Shown piece by piece: positions 48,801 to 60,087 of a stretch of 64,000 nt of DNA (its first letter is position 1; each line of letters starts with the position of its first letter). The DNA is from Tubulanus polymorphus. Lineage: Eukaryota; Animalia; Nemertea. The notes below the pieces were generated by a model. That model saw nothing but the letters and a program-made list of their open reading frames with translations, made no database searches and was not told the origin of the DNA. The position numbers and the translations under genes were made by a program. Where the stretch lies: contig NC_134029.1 of assembly GCF_964204645.1 (NCBI RefSeq), positions 18,470,950 through 18,534,949 of the forward strand, in the 5' to 3' direction.

Positions 48801-51800
48801 TTTTGATAAGGGAGAAGATGACAATTTGACTCGGTCGGTGTTCATTCCCACGAAAAGAGTTCCCCCTAGTGTTCCCCCGAAACCGTCGCTTAAGTCTTCG
48901 TTATCCCTGCATGCTATAACCGAATCGCCCGACCTCGAGCAGAAACTCAACATCGAAAGATTGAAATCTGATGAGGCGGAGCCGTCTGCTCAGAAATCGA
49001 CTCGACCGACCGATGACGAGGAATTCAACTACAGCATGTTGCATGGTGATCCTTCGCATTTAGGATTTAATAGTTCGAATCAGCAGCATGGAAAACAGCA
49101 TGCATTCGAAACCAATCTTCCGGATTTGTTGCCCAAGAATGCTTACACCCTTAATAGCACCACAGCTGAGATTATCATGCCGACTTCGATGGTAAGAGCT
49201 TTTGTTGTTCTTTATTTTTACCCATATTATCAAATATTAATGGGCTCTTTTTATGTTCAGAAAATTTCCAATGGCTTTCTATGTGAATTCATGAATTCAT
49301 GGTAGTTCTATTCTATATGGTACTTTTCGTGTTTTCAGTGGATTCTGTTAAGAAAAGATGAATTTCTGACCGATTAATTAATTGAACACTTTTTTCATTG
49401 TCAAATTACTGCCATTTGCACTGAAAAACTCCTGCAAAGGGAGATGCCAAGGTAGTCGGGTCTGCTTTCAACGTGGATCCATTAACCCATTAATGGTAGT
49501 ATTTTAGTTCACCAAGACCATTAATGTCTAATGTATCGCAGGTGGTCTAGGCTTAACAGCCTAGCATAGAAACGCATATGTGCCCCGCGCTCCAGGACTG
49601 GGTGACACATTTTAGTAGCGGTATATCCTATCGACCTTCAATTCCGTCCGGTGTCGATGAAAGGATCTTTTTCCGTCGCGGTTTTCGTCGAGTATCGATT
49701 TCACGAACAACAGCTGTCGTCACAGTGGGAAAGATTTATTACCTCATTAAATTGTCAAAAAAATGAATTATTCAATTTACGCCGCTTTTAATGAAATTCA
49801 TAAAAATCGACTCAGACGCTCGGCGGGCGTTTGAAAAACATTTTTTCCGGATGATATCCGTAAGATATACAAAGCATGGGCGGAATTTCCATTCCAATTG
49901 TCGCTGACTTGTTCAATATAGTGTCGTCTTGACATTCGCGCCGCGATACATTATTCAACGTGTCTCTAGCGAGTACTCGAAAAACTTTTGATTATTTTAT
50001 CGATATGCGAAAATATTTCTGTTGACCTATTTTGATTTCACACATGCGACGAATCGAGGCGAATACCAGTTTTTTCACCGTAGTAGTCAATTTAGCTTCA
50101 CGCGCACTCGCGTTAACCGTGTTAATTATGTTGAAAAGAGAATTCACGAATGCGAAATACTTTCATTAAAAATTTTATTACTCGATTATGCCGTTATATA
50201 GAATCTGCGTCGTAATCGACGAAATGAAAACCGTCCGTTCGCGTCATCGAGGAAGGTCCACCCTTCCCGTGTAAACGTTACTTGTTTTAAACACTTCGGC
50301 GCTCCAACGGCGCGTGGAAACAAATACTTCTATCGCTCGTTACAAGGAGTTTCGTATTTTATTACCGCGCTGCCGTTTGTAAATGCGTAGCAATCAATAA
50401 TGAATGGTACGAGGGAAGTGAAATTTATTCAAATTTGCAATGATGGATTTACGCTGCGGGACGTGCTTGTACTGTTTTTATACGGCGTTGATATATATAG
50501 TTAATGAGCGAATAAACCTGAATGTGCATTAGCATTTGAGGCGAGTAATAATCGGACGACTCTTAATCGAGGAAGAGTTGCGCAATTTCTCTCGGAATAT
50601 ACGTTTTACGTTTTGTCGAAAAAAGCAGGTATTAGAAATAGAATATCGTATATTTCGGTGCTATGGCTTCGTATTAGACACCTCTTTCAGCTTGGGTAAC
50701 CTTTGATTATTTGATTATGTCGAGACTGTTTTGAGAATAACAAAAATGTTGGGTGTTGAATATATAAAACTTTGTGAAAGTGGTGACTGACTTCTGGTTA
50801 GTTAAGAAGTCGAAAATCTAGGCTTTTTTTATACAGGACCTGGACCGATGGTTGCGCAACAAATTTTCTTTAATTCATAGTATGACTTAATTATTCTATT
50901 CTGATAATAGTTTTTCGTCAATATATAGTTGATACAAACAAACAACAACCACGGAACAGGGTTCTGGCATCTGATGATATGGATTGATCCCATTACCAAC
51001 AATCCAGGTCTCTGCTATGAATGAATTAACTGCATGGCATGGCATTTATTTAAAGGAATTTTTATTATTACTAGGTAGCGTGTGCATATAACTAATCTTT
51101 TATCATATGCATGTTTTTGAATTAGCCGACAACGCTAGCACCAGCCCCGACAGCGCCAGCATCGGCAATGGATCGTGGAGATAAAGTGGACGTCGGTGGT
51201 AGCATGTCGTCGGACGAAGAAGAACGCTTGGAGCGCGAGATTATGGATAAACTGGAGCTGGAGGAGAATCTGGAGGAGGAGACCGGAATGATGAGTGATT
51301 ACGAAGAGGATGAAGTATGCATGGTTGATAACCGTAATTGAATGATTTTGGTGGCAGACTGCGTAGTTTGAATTTACATTTTTATTTTGAACCCAGTTAC
51401 GAGGATTGTACAATCTAGTTCCGCTGTGACAGGTTTAATTTGTCTCGCAGGAATTGAATTGAAATAACTAATTTTAGTCCAGATTCAAATTATACCTTAT
51501 CACATCCAACACCCTAAGAGAATGGCTGTTTTTGACATTTTTATATAAGTTAATTTCTTTACTAAAAATGAAATACAAAAATAGTCATCACTAATACATA
51601 GGAGAAAAAGTTTAGGAAGGTACTTCTGCATAGTGAAATTTTAGCAAAGAAAAGGACAAAAAGGGATCCCAAGGGGGGTATACTTTTAATAACAAGCCTA
51701 ATGCCCTGGCGGAATGAAATTTGGACAGGAAGTGACATTAACATATGCCCAAAATCTTGAAGGGGTTTATCATTCTTGGGGCCAAACACTGAACTCATCT

Positions 51801-54565
51801 GTAGTATTGGGTCTTCAGTAGTCCTGAAATCAATCACCAGTATTGCATTTCGTCGCATGAACTGAATATAGAAACTTGTTTTAAAAACAAGACTTTCCCC
51901 TGAAATGTTTGGCCTTTATTGACTTTATTTACCTGTTTATCTGATAAGACCAAGATAAGAATTGACCCGATCATCTAATGCATATTTCAATTGCCCGTAC
52001 TTCAACTCTTGAAGAAAATTAGACTTTAGTGTGGTTAGAACGACCTATGCTTCAAGTTGAATACGTCAGAAATATTTGGATCTTAAATATTGTGGCCTGT
52101 TCAGTATCAAATTTGATACATTCAGTCGGTTTGAAATCAAGATTTGGCAGTGGAACTGAGCCCTGTTTCACAAAATTACTTAAAACAACATTTCATTAAT
52201 GTTTCGTCTTTGTTATCATGACTTATGAGTCGTTCTGTGGAATATGTCCTTCTCGGTCCATGAATTCTAGCATAGTAGATATACAGTAAAATTTACTTGA
52301 GTTGTCATTTGTCATTGGATAAGTGATCTGTTTTTTGAGGCCCAACATGTATTTTCAAATTGATTTACGAAGCGTAAGTCCTCATTTGGATAAGTCAACA
52401 ACATAATGATGGTCCTGACTTTGACGACTTAGGTAAGTTTTACTGTAGTTACAAAAGCAAGAATCTCAGTAAAGTGCAATTCGACAGGTCTAATGTTTTG
52501 ACATGGATAAATTTGCTCTTTCAATCCTTTCAATGTGTCTACACCGCAGTGCAGTGTGTCAATCAGTGATGGACTTAGCTAGTACACTACATCACAGTGT
52601 ATTGATGTAATAAGTAATTGGGTTTTATCTCTTTGGAAAGATGACAGACAGCGCCTGTCAAATAAAATGAAATGTAAGAAACTAATGATACATCTCACTG
52701 CAGTGTAGACAACGCTCTAAAAAAGTATGCCACACTGGGGTGAAATTTTTGAAAATTTTCAAATTATCATCAGTACTTTCGGGTATAAATTAGTCAGCAC
52801 TGAAAGGGTTTTAAGAAAAATTTTCTTTCATCGAGTTTTGTATTTTCGTCTGTTTTAGACATTAAAGACACCGTTACAGCGAGCTAGACGATCTCTTTCA
52901 CTCGATTCCGGTAGGTCGACTCCACCGGCGCCGATCATGGAAACGTTACCGGACATCAACGAAGCGCCGAGTCCGAGTCCGGCGGGGAAAACGAAACCGA
53001 AATTACAAGCGTTTTCGTTCCTCGAGAAATTCGCCGCCGAAGAAGAAAAAGAGGGCCGCGCGAATGAAAAACCGAAGATGCGTCAGTCGTCTGCGCTGCC
53101 GTTTTTGGATAAATACCTGAAAAGTCAGGATAAATTCGAGCAGTTGGCGAATTTAGAAGACGACGCGACCGACGACAAGCAGAAAACGTTCACATTTCTC
53201 GACACGCTTCAGAATTCGACGCCGCCGCCAGATTTAAGCGCGACTACGAAACCGAAACCTTACAAATCAGACTCGCCTACGGTTAACGGCGATACGGCAG
53301 TCGTCAAACCGGATACAACAAAACCTGAAGGTAAAGTTCCATAGCTAGGTGAAAATATTCGAGCCCTTTTACTGTTGATGCGATCACACTGAGACTATTT
53401 GGCTCGTGCTGAGTTAGAGAGCGTGTTCACATGTAAACCACTCACTCGATACTAAATAATACTCAAACCAAGTGAGTCACTTCCACAACCAGGTGCATTT
53501 CACAGGCAATAATTTGACCTGTGCTAAAATTTGGCTCCGGTCTTGACGATTTTGGTTGGGGTCAAACAGGCATGGTCCTATTTGTTACCAATCTGAACAG
53601 TTGCTCTGGGCCAAAAATGCTTGTATGATCGCGGCTATAGCGCGGTGGAAATATGTGAACCCTTTCATCGTGCAGTGTGTACCCCACTATGCAGTGTATA
53701 ATCCACCCATCCTATATTGCATGTGCCCCGTTGTGCGATGTAGTTGTATATTAGCTAAAATCTCTATTACAAGAGGGTCCTGGTGCACCTGGTACACATG
53801 GTGAACATTGTGAAATATAAACTTACACTGCACAGAAGGGTGGCCTAGTGTCATGGCTTGTACAGCTAAGAGGGCAGTATCTTAACAAGCTCCTTCAAAA
53901 TGGCCGTCAAATGCAGGTAAAAAGTCCATATGGCATGGTAGACTATACCTTACCTATATTCTACCTATTTTTCAGCACCAGCGACAGTAGGTAAATTAGA
54001 TGAGCAGGCTTTGTGGGCGCGCGTTGAAAGTCAGATGAGCGCGGCTCCGATGGGTCGAAAAAAGAGACTTTCGCAACACGAGGATCTAAACACGAGCAGC
54101 GCCAGTAGTACGGGAAGTGTCGATAAAAAACTCGAAAAACAATGGAAATCTGTAGAGAACAATAACGCTCAATCGGAAAACAACGCCGAAACGACGAAGA
54201 AATCGTTATTTCAACCGAAATATAAACCGGTCGAATTCAAGAAAGCGGTCAAATCGCCGGAACCGACGAGTGCGAAACCGCCGATCGCGAAACAGAAACA
54301 ATCGGACAATAACAACGTCATCAAAAAAGCGGCGGTCGCGAAAGATGCCGCGAAACCGAACATTAAACAGTCCCCGACGACTAAACAGAATGGTAGCAGT
54401 CCGTCGAAACGAATAAACGGCGGCGCTTTGTCCCCGTCTACCGTTCAATCCGGTCCAAAACGTAATGGCAAACCCAGCGTTCTGAATCGTTGGGACCCGG
54501 CCAGTTTACAGGAAGAGAAACGTAAACGCGAACAATGGATTAAAGATCAGGAGAAACGACACAAG
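36352..54565 (+). CDS. LMO7: LMO7/LIMCH1/smallish-like PDZ scaffold protein, multi-exon, 3' part (LIM domain) not found in the window
   Basis: Exons 36352-36843, 40563-40711, 43727-44089, 45826-45852, 46590-46710, 47827-47991, 48677-49191, 51126-51314, 52859-53330, 53976-54565. WQG|DLSNWRDKRRK...KTFSEIMKER is DUF4757-like; PDZ with GFGFTIKGG; RWDPASLQEEKRKREQWIKDQEK resembles the LMO7 coiled-coil start. One phase mismatch, after 40711. Confidence 0.82.
37950..38265 (+). mobile_element. MITE family A copy
   Basis: AGCTGCAATCACACG ... TGTGTGATCGCGGCT; CTAATTAGAGAGC. Confidence 0.82.
39874..40386. mobile_element. Tc1/pogo-type MITE carrying a nested element (about 39991-40333)
   Basis: TA|CAGTTGACCCCGCTTAAT ... 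ATTAAGCGGATTTGACTG|TA; the interior matches 46794-47108. Confidence 0.65.
40563..40711 (+). CDS. LMO7: LMO7-like exon (DUF4757-like)
   Basis: DLSNWRDKRRKQS...KTKTFSEIMKE(R); tttgcag acceptor. Confidence 0.88.
42515..43180. mobile_element. TIR element with a subterminal TAGACCGGTCTA-type motif array
   Basis: GCGTTCACACG ... CGTGTGAACGC ends; many TAGACC/GGTCTA motifs at 42955-43160. Confidence 0.55.
43408..43590 (+). mobile_element. MITE family A internal fragment
   Basis: AAATTTGGCCCGTGCCTAATTAGAGAGCGCGCTCAC; TIRs missing. Confidence 0.75.
43727..44089 (+). CDS. LMO7: LMO7-like exon (low complexity)
   Basis: 363 nt open, phase 0-0, tttatag / GTAAGT. Confidence 0.8.
44145..45155. mobile_element. 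TIR element (CAGGGGCGGAT) with ATATT TSD, hosting a nested Harbinger
   Basis: ATATT|CAGGGGCGGATTTAGG ... CCTAATCCGCCTCTG|ATATT. Confidence 0.75.
44321..45066 (+). mobile_element. Non-autonomous PIF/Harbinger element with a MADF/Myb-SANT remnant
   Basis: TAA|AGGCTGGCCTAT ... ATAAGCCAGCCT|TAA, ~40-bp imperfect TIRs; from 44669: MADDWTEDLDTKLVELWCEWPSLYDVACTLYSKLNQKDKDL*EIA. Confidence 0.8.
45826..45852 (+). CDS. LMO7: 27-nt microexon (PGLQRQFSG)
   Basis: ttatttcag acceptor, GTAAGT donor, phase 0-0. Confidence 0.6.
46590..46710 (+). CDS. LMO7: LMO7-like exon, PDZ N-half
   Basis: KYEDKEIQLKQNPHKSDGFGFTIKGGIDQLLPILVDNIIE(G). Confidence 0.92.
46794..47108. mobile_element. Dispersed element, same family as about 39991-40333
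   Basis: Shared GAGTCT.AAAGTCATGTGATGCA, CTGATTGGCTAC and CAATCCGTCG..TCGTAAGC.CACTCA. Confidence 0.72.
47230..47366. mobile_element. Foldback MITE with CTG TSD
   Basis: GTTGCTCAAAAGTTGGTTA ... TAACCAACTTTTGAGCAAC. Confidence 0.78.
47827..47991 (+). CDS. LMO7: LMO7-like exon, PDZ C-half
   Basis: GSTADDADICEGDELLYVNGQ...GQLNIKLRR; phase 1-1. Confidence 0.92.
48677..49191 (+). CDS. LMO7: LMO7-like exon
   Basis: Phase 1-0, open, proline-rich (PPSVPPKP); ATG|GTAAGA donor. Confidence 0.85.
51126..51314 (+). CDS. LMO7: LMO7-like exon (acidic)
   Basis: PTTLAPAP...EEERLEREIMDKLELEE...YEEDE; phase 0-0. Confidence 0.82.
52284..52445. mobile_element. Tc1/pogo-type MITE
   Basis: TA|CAGTAAAATTTAC ... 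GTAAGTTTTACTG|TA. Confidence 0.65.
52859..53330 (+). CDS. LMO7: LMO7-like exon
   Basis: TLKTPLQRARRSLSLDSG...TTKPE; phase 0-1. Confidence 0.85.
53377..53636 (+). mobile_element. MITE family A copy
   Basis: GCGATCACAC ... GTATGATCGCGGCT; TTAGAGAGCGTGTTCACA. Confidence 0.78.
53976..54565 (+). CDS. LMO7: LMO7-like exon
   Basis: Phase 1-0; ends LNRWDPASLQEEKRKREQWIKDQEKRHK|GTAGGT. Confidence 0.87.
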
Positions 54566-57120
54566 GTAGGTTGCAAGCACTGACTGCTCTAGGTGGCGCA
54601 TTACACTTGTCTCGGCTTTCGGTGGAGGATATTGTAGATATATTTTTTCGAAGCACGACATAGTATAGTAGTCTATCTATTTCCTCTAGGAAATTTATTC
54701 ACGACGGCTTTAATGCACTTTTAACTTCTTGCTTATATGAATGAGATCCTCTTTTATAGTTCTGTGTCCAAAGCCTTAGTGCAGCTATTTACCTGCTGTC
54801 TGTACACACCACCTCAGATGTTCGACGGACATTCACCATTTTCCCAAGACATGTTCATCCAGGCATCGCTATAAACTGTGGCAGTACCACGGATGTATTT
54901 CTTTGGAAATGAATAAAAGTGTCATGTCTGAACCATTAATTTTAGACGGATGTTCACAATTTGTGAAAAATATGTTCGTCCAGACTACGCCGTTCATAAC
55001 ATGATCATCTGAGGAGGTGGGTCTGACAGCTGCATAACATGAATTGAAATCAAAGATTTTATTTTCCTTGGTTGGTTTCTGATTAAGGAACCGGGTTAGA
55101 GTGATCTCTGAGATTCAAATCTTGACCTTACTAGGCCCAGGTGAAAATGGTTGTGTTCATTTCGGTATTTCAGTTACTGAGTAGACTGATGCATCTGTCT
55201 TCTCAGTCTAATATTAACTGAAACTTTTGAAATCAATCAGCTGCTTCTGTCCAGGATTAGTCATGCAGATACTCTATGAACAGTTTTCTCATGAATTGAC
55301 AAAAGAGCCGGTTTGCACAGTCATATCTGAACTAAGTCTGTCTCGTAAACACGCAATCGTTAGTGCTCACCTAGAAGGTGCTGCCATCTAGTCTGTTTAA
55401 GAGGACCTCATTCATATACGTATAGCTACTGTTGTACATTTAAAGCGGATGACAATATGTATTTTATAAATGTCTGATTCTTTATATACAGTAAACTACA
55501 GATCTATCATATCACTTGCGACTGAAGGACAGATAACTTATGGAATGAATAAAACTTCTGAGCATACCAAACGAAATTTCAAAATGTTGGTGTAACCAAT
55601 CTTATTGAACGTAATTTGACCAAAGATCCGAAAATGAATAAATTTCGCTTCATTCAGATTTCTTTGTTGACATTGTTCAGTTTTTAACAGGATGTACACA
55701 TTCTGAATACTGAATTTATTGACAATTTACCAATACATCCATAGTTTACCGTATAAAAGAAGATGAAGTATTGTGAAAAAGAATGTTGGACTTGACATTG
55801 TCTGATTGTGTAGTGAGTGTATAATATCTTGTTTGAACAAGTGGCATTTTAGGTTTTTTACTATATGTACATAAATACTAGTAGTGTGAATAAGCATTAA
55901 GAAACCTGGTAGGAATAATCGTAATCTGATATGTCTTCCTCTGTGATATTATGATAAGTGCCTGCAATGATAAATTGTGAGCTCGCCTGTGTTAGAGAAT
56001 ATCTGAGCTAAGCAACCGTTTGGAAAAAGATTATCGGTACTTGGTGTTTATCTGTCGTCGGCGGATTTAGAGAAATGTCTATCAATACACACTTCTGCAT
56101 CGAGAAATTAAGTGAACTCTCAAAATCAAAAGATTGTTGTTTTTTGAAAGCACATTTGACCCCCTTGGGTTGAATCATTGAAAAATAAACGACCAGCGCT
56201 TTTTCATCAAATCTAACGTACAACTGTGGTCCTCGGCCCGTTCCGCAGTTCCGAAAGTTGTCTTAAATCTTAAGACTGGTCTTAAGTTGTTTGATCGGAT
56301 ATAGAACTAAGTTGGTCTTAGTCAAGTCCCTGAGGTCTATAGTGAGTCCTGTCTCTTAAGTGAAGACATGACTGAATTGAATATCGATGAATATTTTATA
56401 CTCAGCCGTGAGGCTTTAAAATCTTTGTAAATGATAAACCTATGCAAGCAATCCCTCGATTATACAAACAGGACAGTTCAATGATATCTTTTGATATATT
56501 GGAAAGATCATCGGTTTTATACCAGTTTGTGTATATTTTTATATATTTTCTGGCTGTGAGCTGTAAGTTTATCAGGAGTAAATATACGATGATAGATTAT
56601 TATTAGAGAATTATTAGAGAATACGGTATCAAATTTATAAAGTAGTTTGTTTCTTCAAATATTATTATTCGAAGCAGTGAAGGGCTGTGACTGGGTATTT
56701 TTCGTATGATTGGGGGAGGGGGGGTGGCGAAAAGTATGGTCAGTTAATAACCGCTTATAACAATTGTTAAAAATGTTTGTCTACTGTTGACAGATAATGA
56801 TATTTGAAGTGGGGTCCGTGTATTTCATGTAAATGTATGTTCATTTGTTTGATTGAATTGTAGTTCGAAACATGTAAGATATACTTAAGTTCAACTAACT
56901 CAGGACCCAGCTAGTCGCTATATCATCTCGCCGTAGATTCTATACTTGGTATGAGATTTCCTGATGAAAAACCGCTGCAATAATGATGAATCCTGTGGCG
57001 ATTTTAAATTTGACACCGTTTTTTCATGGTCCAACTTCTACAGAGGTCTTGCGCGCCGTCATTTGTTTAGAACCACAAAAAAAGCCATCGAAAGCCATTG
57101 AAGCATTCAGAAAATACATT

Positions 57121-57341
57121 GGTAATATTTTCAGGGCATTTTTTCCAGTGGCAACCAATGAGACAGCAGTCTGCAATGCAATGTTTAGCTTATATTCTCT
57201 TAAATTCTCCAAGTCTAGAAATTGTATGAAAATACTCTGAAATTTCAAAATTCTCCAGACCTTTGTTATGGCTTTTTCAGTATACATGCCCTTTTCATTT
57301 CTTAATGCTGCTGTCAAAGTCTGCCCCTGGATCCACCCTTG
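57121..57341 (-). mobile_element. Copy of the 9271-9521 repeat
   Basis: Reverse-complement colinear match. Confidence 0.7.
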
Positions 57342-59875
57342 GCATTTTTGGATTCATTTGGATTTTTAAGCTGATATTTCATACAAAAAAAATGACTCAC
57401 CATTACATAACAGTGGGGATGTACAAGCTGTACTGGGATATATCATGTAAGCTACCAATGCTACTGTGGCAATTGAGGATTCCACTTATGGCAAGCGAGG
57501 ATCCACCAGGTTGGCTAGTAGTAACTCGGTCTTCCATGTTCAAACTTTTCTACATTTCGGTTGAAATTGAATCAACTTTTCTCTTAAATAAATCAATTAT
57601 CAATAAAAACTATACCAATCACTGAGTAGGAAAAAAAGTTTAATGTATATCTGTAGGCCCTGTGATAATGTATGGATACTTGAGCCTTTAAAATCTATTT
57701 CAAAGTCGATCGAGATGATATACTAATTTTGAATTTAAGACTGCTTGTCACGCTCTCTGGTGGGATAACTGGGGTTGCAGCTCCCCCGATACCTCTAAAG
57801 CTTACGAGATCCAGCTTCTTGCTCTGTACATAAAGGTTTACAAGATAGGTTTAGCTTTTTATGAGCGTCCTAATCTGAACAGGAGTTAGCTTTGAGATAT
57901 CTCAGCTTGCTCTCTAGACGTTGGCGACTATGCTCTTTTTGGGCACAACCTCATCAAGGTTAGGAGGAGCGTTGGCGTGTTTTGTAGGCTGATCTTCGAT
58001 ATGATTTATGTCGAATTCATTTATGTCAATAAACAGAGTAACCAAGGTGAAAACTGTGAATATACCGGTAGTAGTGTACAGTGATTTTTTGTGTTGAAAA
58101 TTGTGTTAATACGTACAAAAAATATGTCATAGTAAAAATCTTCTTGTGACAATAATATTCGTAGTTTTCGTGAGATTTTGATTACGTATAAGTCATATAG
58201 CAAACAGTGCAAGCGCGCTTAACTTTGACTTGGTCCAGAATTGGTCCAGAAAGGTCCACAAATTGCGTAAATTGAAAGTTAAGTTATTAAGCGTTTCATG
58301 CAATGTTTGTAGAAGTCTATTGTTTGCAAGCAACAATTCGATAAAACAAATAGTTGGATTGAAGAAAGTGAAGAAATGTTGCTCATAAACATAGCTTTGT
58401 TTAGATATCGCATGTGTTTAGGACGTCGCATGATTTGTTTAAGAATTACATAAATCAGCATTATAGTAATAGGTTTTGATTTTTTGAAATCATATTCCGC
58501 AATTTTCAGTTCCAAGACAAATATTCTACCATATCCTACAGCCCCACAAAATCAGTTTTACACCGGACTGACTGATTGGATGCTGCCATTCTGATTGCGG
58601 AGATCATCCTGTAATTTCCAAACATAACCTTGGATTGCAAAAATTCATATATTCTGAAGACCCGTAACAGCAAAAACAGTAAAAACCTCATTTTCTAATG
58701 AGTGAAATAAATTTGTTGTTACGATACTTCATGGTTAGCTGAACTTAGTCTGTGTTTACACAAATTTTGAGGTACTGATGAATCCAAAATAGATTGCACC
58801 GGGCCTGGTTTTATAGACAAATTTAACATTGGGGTTAACCCTATTATTTGAATTACCGGTAAACCCCTCAACGAAGTTAAACCGTTCTATATGACTGGGC
58901 CCAGATTCTTGAACCCATTAGCACTCAGGAATTGTACTATGTAGTGTCAATTACTCCTCAGAAAATTCAAAGTAAAATCTAAGTTCATTACGATACCGAA
59001 TAGCTCATTTGCTGTTTATTTCCATGCATTACAAGTTAGTGTTATTTTGTAGTAAATAGTCAAGGCTTTCATATGATATAAGATTTGATATAAGATTTAA
59101 ACTTGTAATACTCGAGAAATTGAAATAGGAGGATGTTGATTTCTGTTTGGTATTCCAAGGACTTAGGTGTGTAGTTTATCATAAGCGATTGGGTTCGAAT
59201 CCCACTACAACCGTTTTCGTGCAGCATGGCTTGAGGAGTAATAGGCAGGGCGGATACGGGCGGCCTGAGTGCCAATGGGTTAAACGGATTATCATACAAT
59301 ATTGGTTGACACGAATAATTTAATACTGACGATTTAACTAACCATGGACTCTAAAACAAAAGTCCATGATTTGACACTATAGAACTAAGAAATAAGCTAG
59401 CCGAAGTTGATTTCGAGTACAGGCGCAAGATATAAACTAAGCGAAATTGTCGATTGGCAGTCACTTGAATTTTCAGTGTTCATATGATGTTTCATTTTAT
59501 AGGAATTGCTCGAAAAAGAACAAGCCCTGCATAAATCTGAGGAGGAGGTCAGTTAATAACAGTTTTTGTTGTTTTATGTGGAGGATTTTCTGGCGAAATT
59601 TCGGTGTGTTAATTATTGTCGTTTTTTGGGAAAAAAAAAACAACTGTTGTTTCTGTGTTTAACATTAAAATCTACACAATCTGAGCTTCATAAAGCTCTA
59701 ACTTGAGGAGTGGATGGTGATAGGGATTTTCAATACTCATCTTATTTTGGTAGTTAAGAATTTTTCGGTGGTACTTCATATTTTTAGCGGTTCAGGGAAT
59801 TGCACTTAACTGAATAGATAAATACTAATAAAATAAATGATCAGTAATGAAGTATGTACCGGTAGCATAAATAAA

Positions 59876-60087
59876 AGCCGTGATCACACAAAGCGTTTTT
59901 GACCACGGCAAACTGTTCACAATGGTTCCAAATGGGCCCTTGCCTGTTCCAAATTTTAGCATGAGGGATCAATGCAACTGGTTGTGGAAACATTGTTTAG
60001 TATCGAGTGAGTGGTTTGCGTGTGAACGCGCTCTCTAATTAGGAATGGGCCAAATTACACTCAAATCATATCTGTGTAATCACGGCT
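59876..60087 (-). mobile_element. MITE family A copy (reverse)
   Basis: AGCCGTGATCACAC ... GTGTAATCACGGCT; GCGCTCTCTAATTAG. Confidence 0.8.

Noticed and set aside
50929-51007. Possible extra LMO7-like exon
   Set aside because: Weak donor (GTCTCT), and phase 0-1 is incompatible with the neighbouring exons, which already join in frame.
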